DNA of 60,822 nucleotides from an uncultured Bacteroidota bacterium (GTDB taxonomy: Bacteria > Bacteroidota > Bacteroidia > 2-12-FULL-35-15). The DNA lies in the NCBI GenBank assembly GCA_903919535.1, contig CAIXIP010000081.1, positions 1 to 60,822 on the forward strand. The letters are read 5' to 3'. Position numbers and translations under genes: made by a program. Positions 1 through 10,111 of this stretch are shown one piece after another. The notes under the pieces were generated by a model. That model saw only the letters and a list, made by a program, of their open reading frames with translations. It was not told the origin of the DNA and made no database searches. Numbering within the stretch: the stretch's first letter is position 1; the number at the start of each line of letters is the position of its first letter.

Positions 1-35
1 AAGTGGCAATAGCTTTTAATGATAAATAATTAGTT

Positions 36-43
36 TAACTTTG
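36..43 (+). promoter_or_regulatory. Bacteroidota sigma-A -7 box TAACTTTG
   Basis: Exact TAnnTTTG 16 nt upstream of ATG 60. Confidence 0.6.
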
Positions 44-59
44 CATCAATAAAATAAAA

Positions 60-482
60 ATGAAACGAGCTGTTATTTTAATATTTTCTATTCTTATACT
101 ATGCAATAATTCCCAAGCCCAGAGTGCTTCATCTGACACAGGAAAAGTTGAGCTGGTGCAGGATTATAAAGTAAAAGCCTTGTTGAACAAACATGTTGAG
201 ATAAATGCAAAATCTTCAATAAAAGGATATCGTGTGAAAATACATTTTGGTTCAGATAAGAATAAAGCGAATGAAATAAAAGCAAAATTTTCTACGTTGT
301 TTCCAGATGTGCCCTCATATGCAAAATATGATCAACCGAATTTTAATATTAGGGTTGGGGATTTCCGAACCAAACTAGAAGCGTATAAATTTTTAAAAGA
401 AATACAAACAGAATTTCCGTCTGCTTTTATTGTTCAGGATGATATTGAGTTTCCAAAACTTGATTTGAGTGAAAAAAAATAA
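60..482 (+). CDS. SPOR-domain (peptidoglycan-binding) protein
   Basis: Signal peptide; GYRVKI...PNFNIRVGDFRTKLEA...FPSAFIV SPOR signature. Confidence 0.85.
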   Translation: MKRAVILIFSILILCNNSQAQSASSDTGKVELVQDYKVKALLNKHVEINAKSSIKGYRVKIHFGSDKNKANEIKAKFSTLFPDVPSYAKYDQPNFNIRVGDFRTKLEAYKFLKEIQTEFPSAFIVQDDIEFPKLDLSEKK

Positions 483-600
483 AATATCTTAATAATTCAT
501 CATCCTCAGTATTTCAATTTTTTTCTTCAATTTACTACTGTTAAAACCCTTGTTAATCAAGGCTGTTTTGTTTCAAAGCCTAAAAAATGTCAATTTATAA

Positions 601-632
601 TTTGGAATTGGAATTTCATGTTATTACCTTAG
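601..632 (+). promoter_or_regulatory. sigma-A promoter TTTG-N20-TACCTTAG
   Basis: -33 TTTG 601-604 and -7 variant 625-632; same layout recurs at 2664-2695. Confidence 0.55.
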
Positions 633-677
633 CCTGATAGATAACTCTCTAAAATAATAATTTAATTAATGTTCCCC

Positions 678-2513
678 ATGAAAAAAATTACATTGCTTAT
701 GTCGAGTATAATGGCTTTTGGTGTCATTTATGCTCAAGATTCTCCATCTGATAATAAGGTAAAAGTTATATACCCTTCAGATTTTCAAATATCAAAACCA
801 GTAAGAGAGCTTTTTGAAACTAATGATGTTGAAGAAAAATCTGATTTTGTTTCAAGAGACCGTGAAAACAGAACCCCACAAGTTTTTAAATATACAGCGA
901 AAGATGGTCCTGAATATGGTAATGACCCAAGCACTATTCAACGAGTAATGGGTACAAAACAAGTGGCTGCTCCATTAACAAATTGGTTAGGTCAAAATGG
1001 AGGAGGGAGTTGTCCTCCTGATCCAAGTGGAGCTGTAGGTTTAACTCAATATGTTCAGTCAGTAAATGCAACCCCATTTAAAATATTTAATAAAACAAGC
1101 GGTGCTGCAATTGGTTCAATAAAAAATATTGGTGCACTCTGGACTCCTGCATTAACTTATAATGATGGAGATCCAATTGTGTTGTATGATAAATATGCTG
1201 ATCGTTGGGTACTTACCGAATTTGGTGACAATTATGGAGCTAACGGCAATAAAATTCATATTGCTATTTCTCAAACTAATGATGCATCAGGTGCATATTA
1301 TCTGTATACTTATACTGATACAGAATTTCCTGATTATTTAAAGTTTTCAATTTGGGCAGATGGTTATTACATGACCTCTAATGAGGCTGCTGATAAGGTT
1401 TTTTGTTTCGAAAGAACTGCAATGCTTGCAGGAACTGCTTCAGCAAGATCGATAAGTAAAACTTTCACAACTGGTTCAACCAGTGCATTCTTTGTTCCAA
1501 TGCCAGCAGATGCAGATGGAGGGCTTCCTCCAGCGGGAACTGCTTTGCCTTTTTTCTCATACTATGAAAATTCTTGGGGTACGGGTGTAGATGCAATAAA
1601 AATCTGGAATATGGCTGTAACCTGGGGAACAACACCAGCCGCAACAATTACAGGACCTGTTTCAATCAATACGGCATCTTTTGATGGAACATATAATAGT
1701 GGTTGGAATGATATTTCTCAATCTAGCGGTACTCAAAAGCTTGATGGAATTGGTGGCGTACTTAGCTATAGAGCCCAATGGAGAAAATGGCCTACTTATA
1801 ATTCAGTGGTATTATGTTGGCCTGTTGCTATTAGTACAACACAAAGGAGTATTAAATGGGCAGAGTTGCGTCAATCAGGAGCAACATGGGCTTTATTTCA
1901 AGAAGGTATTTATGCTCCAGATGGATTAAATCGTTGGCTTGGTAGTATTGCAATGGACGACAATGGAAGTATTGCATTGTGTTATGCTGTTTCTGGAACC
2001 GGTACATCACCAAGTTTGAGATATACTGGCCGTTATAAAACGGATGCTGTTGGAACGATGACTGTTGCTGAACAAGTTGCTGTTGCAGGTTCTGGTGTTA
2101 TGACAGCTTGTTCTAATCGTGTTGGTGATTATTCACAAACCACACTTGATCCTGATGGTCTTACTTTTTGGCATACTGGTGAATATGTTGCAAGCGGCCA
2201 ACCTGCAACTAGAATTTATTCATTTAAATTGCCACTAGCTGTCGGAATAAACGAAGAAGAAGTTCAACCATCATTTCTTGTTAATCAATCTGGAAATGTA
2301 TTGAATTTTTCAGCTTCAAAATTGCCTTCTGATGAAGAAATGGTAGTTGACTTATTCGACATTGAGGGAAGACAATTAAATGGAAAATCAATCAAACCGA
2401 TTTCTAATAAATTTGAAACAACTATCGATGTATCTGGCTTAGCGAAAGGAACTTACCTAGTAAGAGTTGGTAATCCAAATTTTCAAAGAGTTGTTAAAGT
2501 AGTCGTTAACTAA
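678..2513 (+). CDS. Secreted protein of unknown function with T9SS type A CTD (paralog 1)
   Basis: Signal peptide from MKKITLL (ATG 678 preferred to 669); PPDPSGAVG, GDPIVLYD, FPDYLK, RVGDYS motifs; CTD ending LAKGTYLVRV...KVVVN. Confidence 0.8.
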   Translation: MKKITLLMSSIMAFGVIYAQDSPSDNKVKVIYPSDFQISKPVRELFETNDVEEKSDFVSRDRENRTPQVFKYTAKDGPEYGNDPSTIQRVMGTKQVAAPLTNWLGQNGGGSCPPDPSGAVGLTQYVQSVNATPFKIFNKTSGAAIGSIKNIGALWTPALTYNDGDPIVLYDKYADRWVLTEFGDNYGANGNKIHIAISQTNDASGAYYLYTYTDTEFPDYLKFSIWADGYYMTSNEAADKVFCFERTAMLAGTASARSISKTFTTGSTSAFFVPMPADADGGLPPAGTALPFFSYYENSWGTGVDAIKIWNMAVTWGTTPAATITGPVSINTASFDGTYNSGWNDISQSSGTQKLDGIGGVLSYRAQWRKWPTYNSVVLCWPVAISTTQRSIKWAELRQSGATWALFQEGIYAPDGLNRWLGSIAMDDNGSIALCYAVSGTGTSPSLRYTGRYKTDAVGTMTVAEQVAVAGSGVMTACSNRVGDYSQTTLDPDGLTFWHTGEYVASGQPATRIYSFKLPLAVGINEEEVQPSFLVNQSGNVLNFSASKLPSDEEMVVDLFDIEGRQLNGKSIKPISNKFETTIDVSGLAKGTYLVRVGNPNFQRVVKVVVN

Positions 2514-2538
2514 TTTTTTTATAAAACGTTTCGAATAG

Positions 2539-2589
2539 AACTCGTGCATTATTATTCTTATTTCAGAATAATAATGCACGAGTTTTTTT
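2539..2589 (+). terminator. Rho-independent terminator
   Basis: Perfect 20-bp stem (2539-2558/2565-2584), 6-nt loop, T-run. Confidence 0.9.
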
Positions 2590-2663
2590 ATGGTTAATTA
2601 TAAATTTTATCATTTATTTTTTGAAACTTTTTTTTTCAGAATAGTCATAAATTTTATTTGAAA

Positions 2664-2695
2664 TTTGGAAGTCGAGTTTTCAACAACTACATTAG
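2664..2695 (+). promoter_or_regulatory. sigma-A promoter TTTG-N20-TACATTAG
   Basis: TTTGGAA...TACnTTAGC, identical spacing to 601-632. Confidence 0.55.
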
Positions 2696-2737
2696 CGAAA
2701 CTTTAGGTTTTTACTATAATTATTAAAATTCTCCTCG

Positions 2738-4591
2738 ATGAAAAAAACAACTTTACTATTATCAAGTTTTATATCTATTGCATGTGCTGTAGCGCAGAAC
2801 ACACACAATCTTCCTGAGTCAGGAGTTATACCTTGTTCTGAATTTCATGTTTCTAAACCATTATCGGAATTGTTTGAAAAAAATCCGGTTATAGAAACAG
2901 AAGACATACGTGAGAAAACAGAATCACATGACAGAGATAACAGGCCTGCGCAGGTTTATAAATATAAAAGCACAGATGGTATTGAGTATGGTAATGATCC
3001 ATCTTCAGTGCAATCAGTGATGGGAAATCGTCAACAGATGGCTCCATTGACAAATTGGCTGGGACAAAACGGTGGAGGTTCATACCCTCCAGACCCAAGC
3101 GGAGCAATTGGAACAAATTATTATGTTCAATCTGTAAATGCAACACCGTTTAAGGTATTTAATAAAACTACTGGCGCACAAGTGGGTACAGTAAAACAGA
3201 TCGGTTCACTTTTTGGTTTGACTTCAAATGATGGTGACCCAATTGTATTATATGATAAATATGCTGACCGTTGGTTTCTTAGCCAATTCGGTTTGTCAGG
3301 AAATAAAATTTATATAGCTATCTCAACTACAAATGACCCAACCGGAACTTATTATTGCTATACATTTACTTCTCCTGCATTTCCAGATTATTTGAAATTT
3401 TCTATTTGGCAAGATGGATATTATATGTGTTCAAATGGACAAAAAAGAGCATTTGCTTTTGACAGAGCAAAAATGCTTGTAGGGGATTTAACTGCAAAAT
3501 CAGTATATGCTACCTACACGCAAGCAGCAACAGGAGGTTTCTTTTGTCCTTTGCCAGCTGATGCCGATGGTTCTTTAGCTCCTGTAGGAACAGCTTGTCC
3601 TTTCTTTGCATATACAGACAACGGTTGGGGTGGTGGAGCAGTTGATGCTGTAAAAATCTGGAACATGACACCAAATTGGACATTAGCAACACCAACACTA
3701 ACAATTTCTCCAACAGTAGTTACATTGCCAACTGCGGCATTTGATGCATCTTATGATCCAAATTGGGATGACATCACTCAACCAACTGCTGGTTATAAAC
3801 TAGATGGAATTGGCGGTGTAGCTACTTTCAGAGCACAATGGAGAAAATGGGCTGGTTATAATTCCGTAGTGTTGAATTGGGGGGTGTTAATAAGCTCTAC
3901 CACTGGTCAAAGAAGTATTAAATGGGTGGAATTACGTCAAAATCAAACATCTGGAACTTGGTCATTATATCAAGAAGGAACCTACACTCCTGATGTGCAT
4001 TCACGTTGGGTTGGAAGTATTGCAATGGATGACAATGGAAGTATCGCATTATGTTACGCAAAAGCTTCCAGTACTTTGTCAGCAAGTTTAGGTTATACTG
4101 GTCGTTTAGCTAGTGATCCACTAGGTACAATGACTTTTGCAGAAACAATTGCAACAACAGGAAGTGGAACACAGACAGCAGCTAATCGTTTCGGAGATTA
4201 TTCTCAAACATCACTTGACCCCTCTGATGGTGTTACCTTTTGGCATACAGGCGAATATATATCAAGTGGTAATCCTGCAACCCGTGTTTATTCTTTCAAA
4301 CTTCCGCTTTCTTCCGGAATTGATGAAATTCAGAATCAGTCAACCGTGATAGTAAATCAAGCTAACGGACTTATTAATGTAAATGTATTGAATTTGCCAT
4401 CAAACGATGAACTAGTTGTTGATCTATTTGATATTACCGGAAAGCAATTACAAGGCAAAAAAGTAGTGCCGTCATCCAATAGTTTGCAAACATCATTCGA
4501 TGTTTCGGGATTGGCTTCTGGAACATATTTATTGAGAATAGGTAAACAAAATAGTAGTTTCCAAAAGGTAACTAAAATAATTGTTAACTAG
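2738..4591 (+). CDS. Secreted protein of unknown function with T9SS type A CTD (paralog 2)
   Basis: Colinear with 678-2513 (APLTNWLGQNGGGS, YVQSVNATPFK, GSIAMDDNGSIALCYA shared); CTD LASGTYLLRI...KIIVN. Confidence 0.8.
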   Translation: MKKTTLLLSSFISIACAVAQNTHNLPESGVIPCSEFHVSKPLSELFEKNPVIETEDIREKTESHDRDNRPAQVYKYKSTDGIEYGNDPSSVQSVMGNRQQMAPLTNWLGQNGGGSYPPDPSGAIGTNYYVQSVNATPFKVFNKTTGAQVGTVKQIGSLFGLTSNDGDPIVLYDKYADRWFLSQFGLSGNKIYIAISTTNDPTGTYYCYTFTSPAFPDYLKFSIWQDGYYMCSNGQKRAFAFDRAKMLVGDLTAKSVYATYTQAATGGFFCPLPADADGSLAPVGTACPFFAYTDNGWGGGAVDAVKIWNMTPNWTLATPTLTISPTVVTLPTAAFDASYDPNWDDITQPTAGYKLDGIGGVATFRAQWRKWAGYNSVVLNWGVLISSTTGQRSIKWVELRQNQTSGTWSLYQEGTYTPDVHSRWVGSIAMDDNGSIALCYAKASSTLSASLGYTGRLASDPLGTMTFAETIATTGSGTQTAANRFGDYSQTSLDPSDGVTFWHTGEYISSGNPATRVYSFKLPLSSGIDEIQNQSTVIVNQANGLINVNVLNLPSNDELVVDLFDITGKQLQGKKVVPSSNSLQTSFDVSGLASGTYLLRIGKQNSSFQKVTKIIVN

Positions 4592-4616
4592 TTTTCTAAT
4601 AGAAATTTTCATGATT

Positions 4617-4666
4617 AAAAAAATCAAGCGTACTATTTTAAAATATAATAGATGTTTGATTTTTTT
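4617..4666 (+). terminator. Probable terminator hairpin
   Basis: Imperfect IR aaaaaaatcaagcgt...atgtttgattttttt after stop. Confidence 0.5.
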
Positions 4667-4692
4667 GATCATTGTATTAAAATAAATATTTT

Positions 4693-5061
4693 ATGAAATC
4701 ATACATTGTATTAATAACAATTTGTTTAGCCATGGCAACAAGTTGTAAATCAAAAAAAGAAGTTGCAGCTACTGCTACGGTGCCTGTGACAACTGCAGTC
4801 ACAGAACAACCTGCGACAAAGGGGAATACTTTTGGAAAAGTTTCTCATCAATACAAAGCAACAGGATGTGCAACAGTAGTTGTTGTGAAAATAGAAGGAG
4901 AAGAAAAACCTTTAACCTTAATTCCAAAAGATATATTACCAAGTTCAATTGATATTGATGGTTTGGAAATTTCATTCAATTACCGAACATTAAAAATGCC
5001 TCAACCTGCAGGATGCAATGTTGGAATTCCGGCTGAACTAACTGAGATCTCGAAAAAATAA
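4693..5061 (+). CDS. Hypothetical lipoprotein
   Basis: Lipobox ATSC; small domain with two further Cys. Confidence 0.7.
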   Translation: MKSYIVLITICLAMATSCKSKKEVAATATVPVTTAVTEQPATKGNTFGKVSHQYKATGCATVVVVKIEGEEKPLTLIPKDILPSSIDIDGLEISFNYRTLKMPQPAGCNVGIPAELTEISKK

Positions 5062-5126
5062 TTTCATATAATGTTTCCTTTTTTAGCAACTGTGTTTTTT
5101 TGAAATGCAGTTGTTATCTTTACCGC

Positions 5127-5804
5127 GTGAATAAAAATTTCAAATTATTTTTAATATTAATTTTTTCTTGTGCCTTTCTTTCTTTAGGCGCACAGCCGAC
5201 AATTGACACCTTAAAATATTGTCTGAAGCAACGCCCGCATTTATTTGCAAAACTTGACACCAGAAATTCATTCATTAGCAATAGTAGAGCAAAAATATTC
5301 GGAGTAAAAGCCGGTTTAAAATACGGAAAACGTCTTTCTTTCGGAATAGGTTATAATCAGTTATATCCACCTGCTAAAAATTTTGACACTCAGGTATATT
5401 ATAGGAATCAGGATAATATTGAACAAAGCGTAACAGCAAATCTAAAGCTATTCTATATTTCGAGTCATGTTGAATATGTTTTTTATCAGACGAAACATTG
5501 GGAATTAAGTATGCCTTTGCAAATAGGAGTTGGTCAAACCTATTATAAATACAAGCTATTAGGTGAAACAAAAAAAATAGAAAAGAATGTAAATTTTATT
5601 TATGAGCCATGTGTTTCCATCGAATATAAATACCTGAAGTGGATAGGAGTGGGTGCCGATGTTGGCTTTCGGTTTATGGTCACAAAGGATAAAAAATTAA
5701 ATCAGAATTTTAATTCTCCAACTTATGCATTTAAACTATTGATCTATTACAACGAAATATTTAAATCTCTTTTCCCGAAGAGTAAATATTCAAAATATAT
5801 GTAG
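5127..5804 (+). CDS. Hypothetical outer-membrane beta-barrel-like protein
   Basis: GTG 5127 gives a signal peptide and lies 4 nt after TATCTTTA; alternating aromatic/Gly beta-strands. Confidence 0.6.
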   Translation: MNKNFKLFLILIFSCAFLSLGAQPTIDTLKYCLKQRPHLFAKLDTRNSFISNSRAKIFGVKAGLKYGKRLSFGIGYNQLYPPAKNFDTQVYYRNQDNIEQSVTANLKLFYISSHVEYVFYQTKHWELSMPLQIGVGQTYYKYKLLGETKKIEKNVNFIYEPCVSIEYKYLKWIGVGADVGFRFMVTKDKKLNQNFNSPTYAFKLLIYYNEIFKSLFPKSKYSKYM

Positions 5805-5834
5805 TGTAAATGAATTAGATTTGGCAAAGAAAAA

Positions 5835-6818
5835 TCAATAAAAACTATACTCGAATTTCACAATGATAATTGAAGAATTTTTGAAATCGCGATTTACCTC
5901 AGATTTAATAAGTGTATTGGTTTCATTATACAGATAGTTGATCTCAAAGGTTGGCAGCTCATTTTTAAATTTCTTTTCAGATATTAGAACACCATTTTTA
6001 TCATATTCAAAAGTTGATTTTGTTTTAATTTCTGCGCTTTCGTTACTTTTAAATTGTTGTTCTTTTAACCTTCCATTTTCATCATATAGAAATGCGTTTT
6101 CTTGTCGCATCCAGCTAACAATAAACTCGTAATTCTCAGATAATTTATTTCCTTTTGTATCGTAGTTAATGATTGCTTTTTTATATTCGCGGCCTTCGTC
6201 ATTCAAGCAGCTTTTTTTTATTTGAGCAGGAGCGAGGGTTGTATATTCAAATGTTTCGGAGGATAGAATTTTTTGTACGCCTAATTTGAATTCATTTTTA
6301 CTTTCACTGATATTAGTTTCTCGGCAATGGAGTTCCTTTTTGAGTTGTCCTTGTGGATTGTACTCAAAGTAATAAGCATCGTAATAATCACCTGTTTGTA
6401 AGCGTTTGGCAATAATTCGGTTCTGGTCATCGTAAAAAATATTTATAAAAATTGTATCATTGATATATTGAGTGTTTGTAATTGTTCCTGCCTGACGAAT
6501 GATATGACCGTGTTTTTTAATTGCAGGAACATTTACTTCTGATGTTTGTGTTTTGTTTAGGATGGTATAAAAGTATCGTGTTAAATTACCATTTGTGTCA
6601 AATTCATAACCTTGTGTTGCATCTTTATCAATAATAACAGAGCCATCAGGCTTGTCGACAATATCGAGAACGATATTTCTTATTTTATTTTGTTTAATAA
6701 TTTCGGGATTGAAATTTATTGGTGCAACAGAAACATCAACAGGCTTTGTGTTGATAAATTGAGCACTGCAATTAGTGAATGCGATGAGTATTAAAGAAAT
6801 TAGAATTGCTTTTTTCAA
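5835..6818 (-). CDS. Hypothetical secreted protein with YD/RHS-like repeats
   Basis: Signal peptide; YEFDTNGN, FYDDQNR, EYNPQGQ, YDTKGN, YDENGR, EYDKNG repeats. Confidence 0.65.
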   Translation of the reverse strand: MKKAILISLILIAFTNCSAQFINTKPVDVSVAPINFNPEIIKQNKIRNIVLDIVDKPDGSVIIDKDATQGYEFDTNGNLTRYFYTILNKTQTSEVNVPAIKKHGHIIRQAGTITNTQYINDTIFINIFYDDQNRIIAKRLQTGDYYDAYYFEYNPQGQLKKELHCRETNISESKNEFKLGVQKILSSETFEYTTLAPAQIKKSCLNDEGREYKKAIINYDTKGNKLSENYEFIVSWMRQENAFLYDENGRLKEQQFKSNESAEIKTKSTFEYDKNGVLISEKKFKNELPTFEINYLYNETNTLIKSEVNRDFKNSSIIIVKFEYSFY

Positions 6819-6871
6819 TAGTTATTTGTCCCGTTCGGCTTATGTACGAGAATGTTTTTTGTTTATATTTA

Positions 6872-8923
6872 TTAGTTCAGCTTTTGCAAGGCTTGTTCAG
6901 CTTCAGTTACCGGTTGTAAACAGGTTTTGTTGGTGCAAACATAAATAAGTGTTTGTCCTTCAACGTTTCTATTCTTAAGCAAGGGTAACGAACTGTCAAT
7001 TGTGCTTCCTGCAAATATCACATTTGGAAGGTAATGTTTATTAAATGCTTGACGTTTTTCATCAACAGATTTACCAACAATTGCAACTTCGTAAAATGGT
7101 TGAGTGAAATTTAGCAGTAACATTCCCCAATTACTGTATCCTGCCCCATAATTCGAAATTTCATTTAAAACATTATTCAGCATTTTTTTACTCATGGAAA
7201 TATAATTTTCATTTTTGAGATGAAGCCCCAGCTTGAATAATGATTTGGCAATGCTGGAATTAGAGGCAGGAATTACATTGTCACTTAATTCCATTTTTCG
7301 GGCAATAAGAGCTTTGCTTTGGTCAGAAGTAAAATAAAACATTCCGCTGTTTGTATCCATGAAATGTTGTATACAATATTCCATCAGGTCATTTGCTTTC
7401 TGTAAATGCGTTTCGTTGAAAGTAGATTCATACAATGAAACAAGAGCTTCAATGAAGAAACAATAATCTTCGAGAAAGCCAATATTTTCTTTTTCATTTG
7501 ATTTTTCGGAAAGCACTAAATGAGAAATTTTATTCTGCTTGTCAATTCCATTTTCTAAAAGATAATTCACATTTTTAATCGCTACATCTAAAAAATGTGG
7601 TTCGTCAAACGCGTTGTATGCATCAATATATCCTTTTAACATCAGCGAATTCCAAGAGGTAAGTACTTTGTTATCCAAACCTGGACGAATACGTTTGTTA
7701 CGAATTTCTATTAATTCAGTTTTTATTTCAGCGATTGTTTTTTGCAATTCAATAACACTGATGTTATGCTTTGCAGCAATTGCTTCATCACTTTCGTGAC
7801 GCAATAAAATGTAGTTGTCATGTTCCCACAAACCTTTTTCATTGATGTTAAAATAATCAGCGAAAAGAGCAAATTTTTCTTTCAGAATAGATTGCAACTC
7901 TTCTTTTTTCCAAACATAAAATTTTCCTTCTATGCCTTCTGAATCAGCATCCAAAGCCGAATAAAAAGCTCCTTCTGCTGAAGTCATTTCACGTTCAATA
8001 AAGGCTAAAGTTTCAAAAACTATTTGTTTGTACAATGGATTTTTTGTTGCCTGAAATGCCTGAGAATATAAGGTTACCAACTGTGCATTATCATAAAGCA
8101 TTTTTTCAAAATGAGGTGCTTTCCAATAAGAATCGGTAGAGTAGCGTGCGAAACCTCCACCTATCTGATCATAAATTCCGCCATAAGCCATTTTATGAAG
8201 CGTTAGTTCCACTTGTTTTAAAACCTCCTCTTGCTTTTCATTTGAAAGAGATTTAATAAACGCGTACTGCAATAAAAATTGGTAATTATTTGGCAAAGGA
8301 AATTTTGGTGAAATGTTTGGACCACCTTCAATGGTATCAAATCTTAATTTCCATTTGCTATAGGTTTGATGAAGCAAATCAATATTGAATTCGCTTTCGT
8401 TCTCATCTACTTTCACTAGTTCGGCAAGCTTAATCCCTTCGGTAAGTTGTTCGGCATAATCCAAAAATCGCTGTGGTTTTTCATTATATAGATCAGCAAT
8501 ATTGAGCAGAACATCCATCCATTTTTGTTTCGGAAAATAAGTACCACCAAAAACTGGTCGGCCATCTGGTAATGCAAAACAATTTAGTGGCCAGCCACCT
8601 TGCCCGGTCATAAGCTGAACTGCGGTCATGTATACTTGATCAATATCGGGGCGTTCTTCTCTATCTACTTTTATGCAGACAAAATAATCGTTCATAAGTT
8701 TTGCTACTTGTTCATCTTCAAAACTTTCATGCTCCATTACATGGCACCAATGACAAGCCGAATAGCCAATACTAATTAAAATTGGTTTGTTTTCCTGCTT
8801 TGCTTTTTCGAGTGTTTCATCATTCCATGCAAACCAATTAACAGGGTTATGTGCATGCTGTAATAAGTACGGACTACTCTCTTTGATGAGGGAATTTGTA
8901 TATTTGGGTTCGGTTATTTTCAT
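6872..8923 (-). CDS. yyaL: Thioredoxin-domain protein, YyaL/SSP411 family
   Basis: [45 protein letters not shown]. Confidence 0.93.
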   Translation of the reverse strand: MKITEPKYTNSLIKESSPYLLQHAHNPVNWFAWNDETLEKAKQENKPILISIGYSACHWCHVMEHESFEDEQVAKLMNDYFVCIKVDREERPDIDQVYMTAVQLMTGQGGWPLNCFALPDGRPVFGGTYFPKQKWMDVLLNIADLYNEKPQRFLDYAEQLTEGIKLAELVKVDENESEFNIDLLHQTYSKWKLRFDTIEGGPNISPKFPLPNNYQFLLQYAFIKSLSNEKQEEVLKQVELTLHKMAYGGIYDQIGGGFARYSTDSYWKAPHFEKMLYDNAQLVTLYSQAFQATKNPLYKQIVFETLAFIEREMTSAEGAFYSALDADSEGIEGKFYVWKKEELQSILKEKFALFADYFNINEKGLWEHDNYILLRHESDEAIAAKHNISVIELQKTIAEIKTELIEIRNKRIRPGLDNKVLTSWNSLMLKGYIDAYNAFDEPHFLDVAIKNVNYLLENGIDKQNKISHLVLSEKSNEKENIGFLEDYCFFIEALVSLYESTFNETHLQKANDLMEYCIQHFMDTNSGMFYFTSDQSKALIARKMELSDNVIPASNSSIAKSLFKLGLHLKNENYISMSKKMLNNVLNEISNYGAGYSNWGMLLLNFTQPFYEVAIVGKSVDEKRQAFNKHYLPNVIFAGSTIDSSLPLLKNRNVEGQTLIYVCTNKTCLQPVTEAEQALQKLN

Positions 8924-8994
8924 TTGCCAAAAGTACGAAGGATAATTTTTAAATTATTTATATCAAGACTTATATCGAAATATAATTCCATTAA

Positions 8995-9600
8995 ATGAGT
9001 CAAGACCAAAATGATATTCCCACAAATGATTTTTTTCCAAAGGAAAGCGATTTTTCTGCTATGTATGAAAATGATTATTTGCAGAAAACTAAATTTCAAC
9101 GTTTTGTAAAAACCAAAGGTGTTTATGTTGCAATGGCGAGTACAATGCTGGGTTTGTTTGCTGGCATCCCAATTCTTATTTGGTTTTCAACAGTAATAAT
9201 GATTAGCGTAGGAAGTATTTTTGTAATGATTTTTATTTTTGGTGCAATAGGATTATTGCAATGGAAATACTTCAGAAATAACATTGATATGGAATACAGG
9301 CATTATGCAATGTTTTCATTTACTGGCTTTGCAATGTTTGTAATCAATATAATTCTTTTATTAAATTTTACGGTAAGGATTTCCAAACATAGTGAAACCT
9401 GTAAAATTGGATGGATAAGACAAAACGGCTTTGAAACTGAATTGATTATTGATGGAGTAAATGAACGTTTTGAACAACATGTAAATACATATTTGAATTC
9501 ACATTCATATTATTTTCTTTCAGATGCCCAAACAGTAACCGTTGTTTTTGAAAAAGGATTATTTGGTTTTGATATGATTGGTGGATGTAAGTTTAAATAG
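8995..9600 (+). CDS. Hypothetical membrane protein (about 3 TM)
   Basis: Hydrophobic segments; C-terminal KGLFG motif. Confidence 0.6.
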   Translation: MSQDQNDIPTNDFFPKESDFSAMYENDYLQKTKFQRFVKTKGVYVAMASTMLGLFAGIPILIWFSTVIMISVGSIFVMIFIFGAIGLLQWKYFRNNIDMEYRHYAMFSFTGFAMFVINIILLLNFTVRISKHSETCKIGWIRQNGFETELIIDGVNERFEQHVNTYLNSHSYYFLSDAQTVTVVFEKGLFGFDMIGGCKFK

Positions 9601-9621
9601 TTTTGTTATTCTTAATTTAAC

Positions 9622-10086
9622 CTACTTACCACCCAAGGGAACTCTTTCACTTATATCAACAGGATAGCTCCGTTTAACAAATAGTTTGCCCACTTTTAAA
9701 TTTCCTTTCAGTCCTACTTTCACATTTTTACTCATTGCGATAGAAAGTAATTTTGGCAGATCAGTAGCACTTAAATTAGAGAAATCAGATTTCACTTTGA
9801 AGGTATAACTTTGTTCTGAATGGGCTTTAATTTTTACGTTGTTGGCTAAGTGTGCTTTCCCTGCATTCATTCCGCTAATCATAACATCCACATCTGATTT
9901 GTAAATTGTGAAAGCAACTGAATTCGGGTTTTTTATTTTAGCGGTAATTTCAGCTTCAACGCCTTGTTGTGTGAGGCTGGTAATTTGCACATTTTCAATT
10001 CCACTGAATGTTACATCCTGAAAATCCCCACAAGACGAAAGAAGCAAAACAAAAAAAGATGAAAGAAGGAAAATTATTTTTCGCAT
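9622..10086 (-). CDS. LEA type 2 (WHy) domain lipoprotein
   Basis: Lipobox LSSC; IKNPN motif. Confidence 0.8.
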   Translation of the reverse strand: MRKIIFLLSSFFVLLLSSCGDFQDVTFSGIENVQITSLTQQGVEAEITAKIKNPNSVAFTIYKSDVDVMISGMNAGKAHLANNVKIKAHSEQSYTFKVKSDFSNLSATDLPKLLSIAMSKNVKVGLKGNLKVGKLFVKRSYPVDISERVPLGGK

Positions 10087-10111
10087 AAAACCTAACGTGT
10101 AATTCTGAATA

